Of a stretch of DNA of 64,000 bases, positions 38,307 to 50,186 are shown in pieces. The stretch is from Octopus sinensis (lineage: Eukaryota). Numbering within the stretch: the first letter of the stretch is position 1; each line of letters begins with the position of its first letter. A program made the position numbers and the translations under genes. The stretch is taken from positions 72,168,001-72,232,000 of the forward strand of contig NC_043002.1 in NCBI RefSeq assembly GCF_006345805.1, given 5' to 3'. The notes beneath the pieces were generated by a model. It was given only the letters and a program-made list of their open reading frames with translations. It was not told the DNA's origin and ran no database searches.

Positions 38307-39247
38307 TATTTAGAGGAAGGACTGAAACGAAAGAGTTTCTTTGTTTGACGCTGGCAATTATTTTTACATTGATAAACTAATTGGCCCTCAGCATTACTAA
38401 CATTGTGTTAACATTTTTGATACCAACCCACCTGTGACCGCCCATGGTTCTTTTGCTTTAAAGTAACCAAAATTAAAACCTTCCATTAACATATCCTGAA
38501 CCTTTGATTCCGCACGCCTTACAAGATTACCGATTTTTTTTCCGAACCAAGGGTAATTACCTGGGGTCAACATACTCTAAATTAAGTAAATTACACAAAA
38601 TACAATTACTTATACATGAGTCTAAATTAGTGCCGATCATAAGGAGTTCTGGCTATCAGTACTCGGGAAGTTAGTGTTGTACCTGTAATTCATGTTCCCA
38701 ACAACAGTTTAATAATCTCAAAATTATTTTTCTAAATTCTTCATTATTTTCAAAATTAAAGAAAAGTTAAAGAAAATTGAAGTTTATAAATGCTTTAATT
38801 TTTCAATTTGTACAAAATATAATCTTTTTTTTTTTAATCATCCAGCCTTCTATCACGCCTAAACCTGGTTCATCATCGTGTGATCTCTTCACTTTTCATG
38901 TTTATATTATTGCTTAAACCATTTCGATCATCTAAACGCACCAGCTACAATCCACCTTCGTTCAAAAGTATATTTTGTAACTCTCTTACTGCCGTTTACT
39001 CTTCTTCTCTCACTCCCACTTATATTACCTCTCTCTCTCTCTCTCTCTCTCTTTCTTTCTTGCTTGCTTTCTTTTTCTCTCTCTCTCTCTCCCTCTTTCA
39101 GTCTCTCATCCTTGCATTAAAAATTGCATTGTTGAACTGCCATTTTATGTAGTTGTATAATTTTCATCTCTGCGCCGTTTCGAGGTTACTGTTACTGAAT
39201 TATGTGTGCTTGTGTGTGTGTTTGTGTGTGTATGTGTGCGTGTGCGT

Positions 39248-39405
<158 letters not shown>

Positions 39406-39406
39406 T

Positions 39407-39447
<41 letters not shown>

Positions 39448-39514
39448 TAGACAGACAGACAGACAGACAGATACATACATACATACATACATACATACAT
39501 ACATAGACAGTCAG

Positions 39515-40290
39515 GCGCATGGACAGACACTAAGATCCTCTTGGCAAAGATTGACCTTAAACTCTGCTGTGCATGCGCATTAAGTTTTAACGTTCTAGCG
39601 CCCTTCCGCTGTTTACAACAGTGCTTGGAAGGAATGTGTGTAGCGTATGATCGTTGTATTGACCATGAGATGAAAGTAGTTATGGAGATACCTGCTCAGA
39701 GCCCTACGCAAAGTTGCAGAAAGTGTATGGAGAGGAGTATATGAGCCGCACACAAGTGTACGAGTCTTTCGGATGATTCCAAGGTGGCTGCAAAATTGTC
39801 GATATTAACGAACTTCTGCAGAATTGAGAAAAACATCGCAGATGTGCGTGCAGATGTGAGGGGAAATCATCGAATCACTATCCGTGAGTTATCAGAAGAT
39901 GTGCAGATAAGTTACGGTTCAGTTCAGACCGTTATCACTGAAAATTTGGGTATGAGACACGTACCTGCCAAATTTGAGCCAAAGCTGCTTTCAGCTGACC
40001 AAAAAGACCCTAATGTTTCAATTTCATAAGATCTCCTTGATTGTATCCAATGCAATAAAAACTTTTTGAAAACTGTGCGTAAGCTTCTGAGCAGGTACCG
40101 CCAAGCTTTTGGCAAAAGTTGGTGCAGATTTTATGCTCATGTTTATCTATCATGGTCAATGCGACGCTCACACGCTACACCTTCCTTCCAAGCACTGCTG
40201 TAAACAGCGAAAGTGAGCTAAGACGTGCGCTTGCACAACGGAGTTCAAGGTCAGTCTGTGCCCAGCGGCTTTACTCTCCGCGCTTTAGCT
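39515..40290. mobile_element. Decayed mariner: 5' half (+) joined to an inverted second 5' end (-)
   Basis: + ORF NHRITIRELSEDVQISYGSVQTVITENLGMRHVPAKFEPKLL; 40065-40290 is the reverse complement of the same 5'UTR/N-terminus. Confidence 0.8.
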
Positions 40291-41099
40291 TCGTTACTAT
40301 AGCAACAGTCTGGATATTTATTGATCAGAATACGTATTGGAGTGCAGACGATATAATTTAGTAAGAGAAATAAATTTTGATTCTTTGTTTATTCTTGATG
40401 CAACGCCACAGCCTCTTTTCTAGAAATGTTAATCATATTTTTTTGATTTTGAAAAACCACAGCAGAAATGTTTTGGGTTTTTTGCGGAGGCTTTTCTTAG
40501 AGTTTTTTTTTTATTATTGTCTTACGTAATTAGGACATTTAATTGATAGGGTTTTTTGTCATGGCTTGCTCGAAGAAGGAAGTGCAGCGCCAATGTTCTT
40601 TGTCATGGCTTTCGAGACAGCTGAGAGGAAAGATAGAATTGTTTCGCAAACAGGAAACGCTTTTGAATGTTTCTAACAGAATGTACTCCAATGAAGTTAT
40701 TCAAGGGTCAGATGTGGTATTCAGTCGGGCAACGGACTAGGTCTGCTGCCCAACAACTTTGACGATCCCTTTAAGAAGCTTCCACAGTTTCCTCTCTAAC
40801 AAATTTACCCACAAGGTTTGATCGACCTACCCAAGAATTGTAGAATAAAGAAATAAACTGAAAGCTTTTAATTGCGAAGCAAATTTCATAACCATTCAAC
40901 TATACCTGTTCCCAGTTCTCACAGCGTCCAACAAAATACTTCCCACAGTTAGATCGTAATACAGAGGATTATACTTTTAATTTTCTTTCAGTATCTATGA
41001 ATTAAATACCATTAACTTCGCGCCAACATTTGTTGCTGGGATAATTAAGCTACTGTGAAAAAAAATATTATTCCTTGACTAATACAATAATTCTTTCAG

Positions 41100-41138
41100 T
41101 AATACGGGAGACAACTCTTGACGTACTTCAGTCATATT
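41100..41138 (+). CDS. Candidate 39-nt internal exon (phase 1-1), xIRETTLDVLQSY
   Basis: Branch-like gactaat, ttctttcag acceptor, gtaagt donor, open in a frame compatible with 45244. Confidence 0.3.
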
Positions 41139-42149
41139 GTAAGTGTACAATAATGTATATTGTTTGACAAAGTATAATAGAACTGTTCAGAGATTAATAT
41201 ATCGTTCGAAGTGATTTATTTTCCGTACAATTAATATACTGATGTCGATTCAATTAACTCCACACACTTCTTTGAAAACATCTTGTACCGAGTCAAAAGA
41301 AATTATATTATATCGCCTTAGGTATTCAAGTGTGTTTTCGTGCTAGAGAAACTACTCGCTAGATTATAATTGATATTCAAATATTGTAATCGGTTTCATT
41401 ATATCTGATTCTTCATTTAATATTACGTTCTGCTGGGTAGGTTGGCTCCTCATTGAAGCAAAATGACGCATCTCTTATTTGAATTCATCAAGTTCACTGT
41501 AACCTCTATTTGAGTTCATCATATCAATTATTTGAAATCATTGGATAGAAATCTTCCAACTCAATAGTTTGTTTACGAACGATATTTATATCCAATACTT
41601 AAGCACAAGGTCACATTAAGAACATACTGTTCACCTGATCACAATCAGTACTATGAATCTAATACATGACTTAATAAGCTCAGATACGCAACGAAATTCG
41701 TAGAACGTTGAACAATCAACCAAAATGTCAGCAGTTCGCATCGCTTCACAAGTGGTATTGTCTTTTTGTATCTTGTGTATTGAAGTTTTGACTATAGGTC
41801 GTGTGTCATAGCATGTGTAAATATTTCTCTCTCACGTCCACTCGTAACTCAATGACATTAATCTCAGTAAATTTCCTTCTTTTTATTCTTCATGGCTTAG
41901 CGAAAGGAGGAAGAGTAGCATCTATGACACTTTTCAAGACCTCCGTGTCCAGAGGAGAAAAGCTATAAATTTTTCCTCACACATAGATCTGGCTAGAATG
42001 ATTGCGACAGAGTGGACTCCGTTAAAAGCATTCAAACCTTGATGGTAGCGTTGAATTAGATGACGGCTTAGTAACATGTCAAGAATATTAACTTGGCTGT
42101 GACTCTACTATGCTGTCCTAAATATATCAGATGAGCTCAGCAAATACAT

Positions 42150-42590
42150 AATTGTGGGGTTACGTAGTTCGTTTTGCAGTTACATGGTTTCGGGTTCAGT
42201 CTCACAGCGCGGCAATTTGAGCAAATTCTTAGTATAGCCCTGGGCCGACCAATATATTATGAGTGAATTTGATAGATGGAAACTGTATGGAAGCCCTTCG
42301 TGTGTGTATGGGTGTGCGTGTGTGTGCATGTAAGAGTGAGCCTTTGTGCTTGCATTTGTTCCTTTCCACTGCTGTGATAACTGGTATTGATTTGTTTATT
42401 CCTCGCAAATTAGTGGTCAAAAGAAACCGAGCAAAATAATTTGCAAGAAGCAAACAAACCAACACCAGTTATCGAGCGGCGGTAGGAAATAAACATAGGC
42501 ACAAAGACTCACAATTATAGACGTCGAACTAAAACCCTTTGAGATGGTGCCCCAGCATGGTCGCATTATAATATTGTAAAGATTAAAAAT
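42150..42590 (+). mobile_element. Decayed major SINE
   Basis: gggttcagtctcacagcgcggc...gggccgaccaa...ggtgccccagcatgg. Confidence 0.75.
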
Positions 42591-42894
42591 ATATCAAAAA
42601 CAACCAAGCAGAGACGACCTATCACAACAGCAAAGACTTTACCGAAGGAATTTTCAAAACTAGAAAAACACCCCCACCAAACAGCCACTTGGACGCCTCT
42701 GAGAACGAACTATTAAGAACTTAAAATTTAAACGACACCCACTAAGGAATAATACATATATATAAGTCGTGTATATATATATACATATATATATATATAT
42801 CTCACTCGTGCTAGGAACTGTGTGAATTAGAAGCTCATTTTGCATAATATTGGTTTTTTTCTAAAGCTCCAGGCCGAACAATTCGTTGATAGTG

Positions 42895-43191
42895 AAATAA
42901 AGAACCGCTCCTCTCAATGTGTGGCATTATAGCTTTGTAATAAACAAATAATCAAATAATTAAAGCGAGTAAACCCAGAGGAGTACGATGCTCGAGTGGT
43001 TAAGGCGTTGGACTTAAGATCCAATGAACAGTCATCCGCAAGGATTCGAACCCCACTCTCATTGGATCTTAAGTCCAACGCCTTAACCACTCGGGCATCG
43101 TACTCCCCTGGGTTTACTCGCTTTAATTATTTAATTATTTGCTTATTACAAAGCTATAATGCCACACATTGAGAGGAGCGGTTCTTTATTT
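42895..43191. repeat. Fold-back duplication of the tRNA-Leu 5' half plus ~87 bp upstream flank
   Basis: Arms 42895-43027 and 43059-43191, 4 substitutions in 133 bp. Confidence 0.97.
42982..43058 (+). tRNA. tRNA-Leu-TAA: tRNA-Leu(TAA) pseudogene, 3' acceptor strand truncated
   Basis: agtacgatgctcgagtggttaaggcgttggacttaagatccaatg...ttcgaaccccactc: type-II leucine tRNA with anticodon loop ct-TAA-ga; final gtact missing. Confidence 0.85.
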
Positions 43192-43891
43192 TGTGGTTTA
43201 TTAGCATCAGAGAGGTGAAACCCTGCTAAGAGACAGTAAATGCAGTATTGCTGATCTTAAGATATATTTGAATATTTCTTTCATTTCTCGAGGCAGAAAA
43301 TTCATATATTTTAGCGAAGAGGAGTGGAAGAATACTGGATTGGGGTGGTTAGTCTATGTCTATCTCAGAAATATTAACAACACAACCAAAGTGATAAAAT
43401 TAATCAACACCATAACAGCCTCCAGTTCACACAAAATGTATCTCGTTCAGTAAGGCCATAATTAATTAATTTAGGTATTGATTAAATTAGTTTTAACTTG
43501 AAGTTATGAAATGCGTCATACTGGATAGAAGTATTCAATTACTTTTTTTTCTTATCAAAGTAGAACAAATATGATCCATTATCAATATGCTGTATTAATG
43601 AGCGTTAGTAATTAATATGTTGCGTTAATGTAGTAGTTGAGGGCAAAAATAATTTTTACACTCTTCCTCTATCTCACTATATATGTGTGTGCGTGTGTTT
43701 GTGTGTTTGTGTGTGTGTGTGTGTATATATATTTATGCATATGTATATGTATATGTATGTGTACATGTATGTATTTACGTACTTACATACATACACATAT
43801 ATATATATACACACATATATACATACATATATATATATGCGTGCGTGTGTATGTATTTGTACAAACCAGAGAGAAAAGATACATTCGTTTA

Positions 43892-44099
43892 TACAGTTCT
43901 ATATTTAAGAGATAAGGAATTAGGTACATTATTTACATTATCTACAACTGATGGATATTTGTCCTCATCTTGTTTGTTGTTAACACGTTTCGGCTGATAT
44001 ACCCTCCGGCCTTCATCAGGTGTCTTGCGGAAATTTCGAACCTGGGTTCTCATTCCTAAGGTATTTTTCAATGTAATTATTATATTATTATTATTATTA

Positions 44100-44196
<97 letters not shown>

Positions 44197-44302
44197 GCCA
44201 CACACTGAGAGGAGCGGGCATATGGCGTAGTGGTTAAGAACGCAGGCTACTAACCCCAATATTCCGAGTTCAATTCCAGGCAGTGACCTGAATAATAATA
44301 AC

Positions 44303-44334
<32 letters not shown>

Positions 44335-44495
44335 TGATGATGATGATGATAATAATAATAACAATAATAATAATAATAACAACAACAACATCGAAAGATA
44401 CCTTAGGAATGAGAACTCGGGTTCGAAATTTTCCCAAGACACCTGGTGAAGGCTAGAGGGTATATCCGTCAATTGTAAATAATGTAAATAATGTA
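43892..44495. mobile_element. tRNA-head/(AAT)n/hammerhead-tail element E1 with inverted tail copy
   Basis: Tail(-) 43892-44073, (ATT)n, head(+) 44216-44291, (AAT)n, deleted tail(+) 44389-44495. Confidence 0.85.
43982..44024 (-). ncRNA. Minimal type-I hammerhead motif, damaged at the cleavage site
   Basis: GACAC CUGAUGA A GGCCG-loop-CAGCC GAAA CG UGUU; 3 nt shorter than the 48936 copy. Confidence 0.6.
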
Positions 44496-44597
44496 TGCAT
44501 TCGTTTATTCAATACATGCGAATCTGTAATTTTTTATCCAACGTTACGAGACTTTTTCCTATATCTGTACCCTAAGACCTTGAAAAGCGTATTTTGT

Positions 44598-44651
<54 letters not shown>

Positions 44652-45243
44652 CACACTTCTGAAAGTAATATTTTCTTGATTTTAATCCCTATAATCAATG
44701 TCGGTAGCATATTGCACTAATACTTACCGGCATCATTCTTCCTAAACTTCCTCAAACCAAAAGATTTTTTGATAGCGTTTGAATTCGAATTTTGCTCAGC
44801 GTAAATAACTCGTCAATATAATTCAGACGTAGGCGATATCTAGACCAAAATAAAGTTTGCATCCTCATCTCCGACGAAACATTTTAACTAATTTGGCAGA
44901 ATAGGTAATAACAGAGAAGCGTGAGCTTTTGTACAACGGGAGTAAGAAATTTTGCAAGGTTTCTTCCTCGTAATAACAATGACTCTTTTATTGAACACAA
45001 TGATATTCGCTATGACCTGGCTAGTAAAATATCCCCTTAACAATCTTTAATTTTTTTCTTTTTCTTTTTTGTATGCAATTTTCATCCCGTAGGTCAGTGT
45101 TGGTCATCGGGGACGAGAAAAATATTGAACCTTTCGAAAAGAAAATATTAAGAAAGAATTCTAGGTGATTTTTCGTTGAACAGTTAATGAAATTGCTTTT
45201 CTTTATAAGTGTTTTATCATTTATATTTGTTTGTTTCTTTCAG

Positions 45244-45359
45244 TAGCTGAGGCTTTTGGCTATCAACCGTATTATGAAATTCTGGATTCTTTCGGAAATT
45301 TTCAATGGCGTGCCTGGCACGTTATTTTCTGTTTTATGAGCATTGTGTTATCACTCTAA
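45244..45359 (+). CDS. Candidate terminal exon (L)AEAFGYQPYYEILDSFGNFQWRAWHVIFCFMSIVLSL*, hydrophobic C-terminus
   Basis: Strong ttgtttgtttctttcag acceptor, 37 open codons, GPI-signal or tail-anchor-like end, phase matches 41138. Confidence 0.35.
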
Positions 45360-45593
45360 CTCGGAGCCTTTTGTCGGCTGGATCCCATTTTTTCCTGACC
45401 ATTAGCTTTTGATTGAAATATAGATTATTTCGTGTGCGACGGTTAATGGAATGACTAGTTTTATCTATATTTCATTTTAATAGTTCAATACCACTAGACT
45501 TCATCAGGAGACGACAAAAGCCATTTTACGCTTGGAATTTGATACATATACATACATACAGAGAGAGAGATACATGTATACATGCATACATAT

Positions 45594-45703
<110 letters not shown>

Positions 45704-46191
45704 CATATACATATACATACATATATACATATATACATATACATATATATACATATATATACAAATATATATATATATATACATACATATATACATATAT
45801 ACATACATATACACACACACTTATATACGCATACAAACACACGCACACACACACACACACATTCCTTTGGTTGAGCCCCCAGTCATAAAACAGATAGACA
45901 TCTTACATCTTACACCATATATTACATTGGAGAAAAAGGGCAAAGAACAATAATGATTTCTATAGTTATTTTCATTGTGTGGTCTACATTTTATGCAGCC
46001 ATACACGTTCTTTGTGTTCTTTCTTAACTCATACTACAAGAGCAATCCTATGTTGGGCAACTGTCATATGACTCGTGATTTCAAATCTTCAACTATCACA
46101 GAAAATGTATTCTACATTAGATCCCATTTCACTCTGGACTTTTAGTTTGACCAAATCTAACTCCAACGGGCTGTTGGTTAAAACATTTCTA

Positions 46192-47465
46192 TTGGGTTGT
46201 CCAGAAAGTTCGTGCCGATTTTTAAAGGAAAGAAAAAGGTCAATAAATACTTGCCATTACATTTTTAATCAACCAAATATGAACCATTTTGTTGCACAAT
46301 GCGTCTCCATCTTTCCTTTAACTTGAAAATACCCTCTTCCCAGAATTGAAGTGGTTTCATGGCAAAGAATTCATCAAGGTATCTTTTTACGTCATCCAAT
46401 GATTTGAAATTTTTACCATTAAAACTATTCTGAATAAGTGGAAATCCGAAGGAGCAATATCTGGTGAATATGGAAGGTGGAGTAACACATCCCAGCTGAG
46501 CTGCAGCACTTTTTGTCTGGTTCCTAAAGAAACGTGCGGTCTTGCATTATCATGTTAGAAAACAACACCCTTCCTGTTGGCCAACTCTGGACGTTTCTTT
46601 TGAATTACTACTATTAACTCGTCCAGTTGTGTGCAGTATTTCTCAGAATTAATTATCTTGTTACCTGGGAGAAGATCATAGTACAGAATTCCTTTCCAAT
46701 CCCACCAGACGCAAAGCAAGACTTTATTTAGGGTGAAGACCCGCTTTTAGGGTAGCTAAGAGTGGCTCATGTCGCTTACTCCAAGATCGCTTTCTCTGAA
46801 CATTTCGGTAGATAATCCGTTTCTCATCACCAGTCACAATTTGCTTTAAAAAAGGTGCGTTTTCATTCCGTCTGTAAAGTGAATCACAGATGGAAATGCG
46901 ATCCAAAAGGTTCTCCTCACTCAACTCATGTGGTACCCAAATATCGTAGCGATTTGTGTACCCAAGCTTTACCAGGTGCTCATGAACGATGGATTTTGAT
47001 AGGTTGAGACTTTCTGCTAATTCTTGGGTTGTGCAATGTGGGTTATTCTCAATTAATGACTTGATTTGTTCAACATCTGCAGTGGATGGTCTGCCTGATC
47101 ACTCTTTATCAATAAGGCTACAATCTCCAGCCCGGAACCTTGCGAACCACTTCCATACAGTTCTTTCGGATAAAGAATCATCACCGTAAACTGCCCATAT
47201 TTCTTTGGTTGCTTGTGAAGCATTTTCCCTTTACGGAAAAAGAAAAGCATCAAGTGCCGAAAATGAACTTCTTTATCTTCCATTTTAAAGGGTTACAGAA
47301 TCAATACAGGTTATAGGAACACAAACCTTCTTCCACGAAAAGATAGCTTAAACTGTGCTCTAAATGGAGGTGTAGTCAAATCTTATTTTATGGACTCAAC
47401 CATGTTCTAAAATAAGTTGAAATGTAAGTTACTATAAATCGACACGAACTTTCGGGACAACCCAA
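46192..47465 (-). mobile_element. Full-length mariner (1274 bp, mellifera-like) with TIRs and TA duplication
   Basis: ttgggttgtccagaaagttcgtgccgattt / aaatcgacacgaactttcgggacaacccaa; TA at 46190-91 and 47466-67. Confidence 0.96.
46265..47283 (-). pseudogene. mariner transposase, frameshifted
   Basis: MEDKEVHFRHLMLFFFRKGK, WVPHEL, IVTGDEK, KAGLHPK. Confidence 0.92.
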
Positions 47466-47483
47466 TACTTGTTCGTAGGGACA

Positions 47484-47857
47484 GGCATGGCTACGTGATT
47501 AAGAAGCAAGCTTTGCAGTCATGTGGATTCGGGTTACGCCCTATTGCGCGGCACCTTAAGCAAGTGTTTTCTACTTTAGCCCTATGCCTACCAATGCCAT
47601 GTGAATGAATTAGGTAGATGGTAACTGTTGAAGCCTATCGCGTGAGTGTGTATGAGTATATGTCTTCATGCCAGTGTTTGTCACCCAGACTCGCCACCGC
47701 TTAACAACCAATGTTGGTTTGTTCACGTCTCCGTAATTCAGCGGTTCGGCAAATAATACCGATAGAAAACATAAGTACTGGGCGTCAATTTGTTCGTATA
47801 AAACCCTTCAATATGGTGTTCCAGCATAACCGCAATCCAATACCGAAACAATTAAAT
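47484..47857 (+). mobile_element. Major SINE, decayed
   Basis: Family body gcgcggcaccttaagcaagtgttttctact. Confidence 0.75.
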
Positions 47858-48256
47858 GAGCCTGGGCGGTTGTATGCATACAACACAACACAGAGATAAA
47901 AGATTAGTTCGTGTGAACTCCAAACACTTTGAAAATTTTTCTGCTGATTTGCATTTTATCTCTTTGGTAATAGTAAAATATTTACCAATCTTTCCTTCCA
48001 TAATTATAATTGTATGCACGTAGGTTCTTCGTCACCGTTTGTCGAAACAATGGATAGCATGAAGATTTTTGCCTTCCTTTTTTCTTCTACTTGAATCTGT
48101 TTTGTATTGGTGATATCCGTAGAATGGATGGCTTTTGTTAAATATTTGGTTTTGTTTTCCAGCCTTTCTAAGAAACATCTCTGCTAACATTCGGTGGACC
48201 AATACCAACCAATGGCTAAATATTACAACTCTATATTGGTATGTCTTGTAGAGAAT

Positions 48257-48475
48257 GTGGAGGCGCATGGTTGAATTATTAGGGTGTTGGACACGTAATC
48301 GAAAGATTGTGGTTTCGATTTCTGGACTGGGCAATGTATTGTGCTCGTGAGCAATACCCTTCATTTCACTTCCTCTAGTCCACTCTGCTGGCAAAAATGA
48401 GTAATCCCGCGACGGACCAGCATTCCGCCTGGGGTGGGGCAGTATATGTGCCACGGAAACCGTGAAAACAGCCTT
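48257..48475 (+). mobile_element. tRNA-derived SINE
   Basis: gtggaggcgcatgg head, gtttcgattt B box, ccacggaaaccg tail. Confidence 0.7.
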
Positions 48476-48935
48476 TTGACTCATGAAAGATGACTCATAA
48501 AAGTTTATATGACTCATGAAAGATGTTTATCTTAATCCTATGCTTGTAGAGATAAGCCGCCGGTATAGGAATTGTGCTTATGGGACACGTTTGTTGGCTA
48601 TTTTACATCAATGAATGGTCTAGTAACAAGAGCCAGGCTGGTTGTATGCATACAGCACAACACAGAGATAACTGCATAGTCTTGACAAGTCACCCCCTGG
48701 ACACAGGGAGAGTGCCTAGCTGATAATAAATAGATACACCCCAGCTGGTGACGATGTCTCCTGGGGCTAAATTACTGCAACATTTGTCCTAAACCAGGAC
48801 TGCTATGTTACGTTCGCAAATAATCTTTACTCTAAAGTACTGTTGCTGAATATCTCTCGTTGTGAGATTTACAAATAGTACATTATTTACATTATTTACA
48901 TTCGACGGATATTTGCCCTCCTCTTATTTGTTGTT

Positions 48936-48981
48936 AACACAACATTTCGGCTGATATACCCTCCAGCCTTCTTCAGGTGTC
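48936..48981 (-). ncRNA. Minimal type-I hammerhead ribozyme motif with intact core
   Basis: GACAC CUGAAGA A GGCUG-GAGGGUAUAU-CAGCC GAAA UG UU/GUGUU: stem I 5 bp, stem II 5 bp, stem III quasi-palindromic AUGU. Confidence 0.75.
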
Positions 48982-49262
48982 TTGGGGAAATTTCGAACCT
49001 GGGTCCTCATTCCTTAGGTATTTTTCGATATTATAATTATCATTATTGTTGTTGCTGTTGGTGGTGGTGTTGTTGTTGTTGTTATTCTTGTTGTTGTTGT
49101 TGTTGTAGTTCAGGTCACTGCTTGGAATCGAACTCGGAATCTTGGGGTGTGTAGCCCGTGCTCTTAACCACTACGCCCACGGGCATATGACATAGTGGTT
49201 AAGAGCGCGGGCTACTAACCCCAAGATACCGTGTTCGATTCCAAGCAGTGACCTGAACAATG

Positions 49263-49312
<50 letters not shown>

Positions 49313-49314
<2 letters not shown>

Positions 49315-49632
49315 TAGGGACTGATTGCTACCTAACTCAGATACCAGGAAACCCCAAAATGGCAGAAATTCAAAAGACAGTGCTCATGGGAACAGCTCAT
49401 ATCCTACGCAAAATACTCTCTATGTAATCCAAAGGTTAAAAACAAACTTTTTTTATCTTTTTTTTTTAAATTTATTTATTAGACATTCACTAGTACAACA
49501 CCAAAAAAAAACCCAAATATATGGCACACTAGGCATAACAACAACGTGAACTTCCAACCTGTTGTCTCTTGAGGTCTCTGGGTGAGACTTGGAGCCAACT
49601 TGTACAAACATAAAGCAAAAGTCAAACATAGA
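49313..49632 (+). mobile_element. R4/Dong family B 3' fragment inserted in the (AAT)n linker of E2
   Basis: IPGNPKMAEIQKTVLMGTAHILRKILSM* plus family B 3'UTR and AAT tail. Confidence 0.92.
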
Positions 49633-49673
49633 ATAATAATAATAATAATAATAATGATAATAATAATAATATA

Positions 49674-49772
<99 letters not shown>

Positions 49773-50007
49773 TAATAATAATATAATAATAATATAATAA
49801 TGATAATAATAATAATAATGAAGGCTGGGGGGTATATCAGCCGAAACGGTGTGTAAACAACAAACAAGATGAGGACAAATATCCGTCGAATGTAAATAAT
49901 GTAAATAATATACACAATTCGTCATCTCTTAAATATAGAACTGTATTACAAATAGTAATTTTCTAATTTAAAGAGCAGTTTGACATCAAAATGTAACTAG
50001 TTATAAA

Positions 50008-50186
50008 GGCGGTGAGATGGCAGAATCGTTTGCACGTCGGGCAAAATGATTAGCGTCGTTTCGTCCGTCTTTACCTTCTTAGTTGAAATTCTGCAGTGGT
50101 AGGCTTTGCTTTTCATCTTTTCGGGATCGATAAAATAAAGTATTATTCTTCCTCAAAATTCTCAGGCCTTGTGCCTATAGTAGAAA
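50008..50186 (+). mobile_element. tRNA-derived SINE
   Basis: ggcggtgagatggcagaatcg...ctcaggccttgtgcctatagtagaa. Confidence 0.8.

Larger units (their letters stand above)
48879..49945. mobile_element. Head-to-head inverted pair of tRNA-head/(AAT)n/hammerhead-tail elements (E2), right unit interrupted by LINE B
   Basis: Tail(-) 48879-49030, head(-) 49109-49177, head(+) 49181-49257, tail(+) 49818-49945. Confidence 0.9.

Noticed and set aside
45093-45164. 72-nt exon-like segment
   Set aside because: Peptide DEKNIEPFEKKILRK looks like an RTE LINE relic and its phase does not fit its neighbours
45485-45505. CTGATGA on the minus strand (also + strand at ~21200, ~31455, ~62306)
   Set aside because: No stem II or GAAA; isolated heptamers
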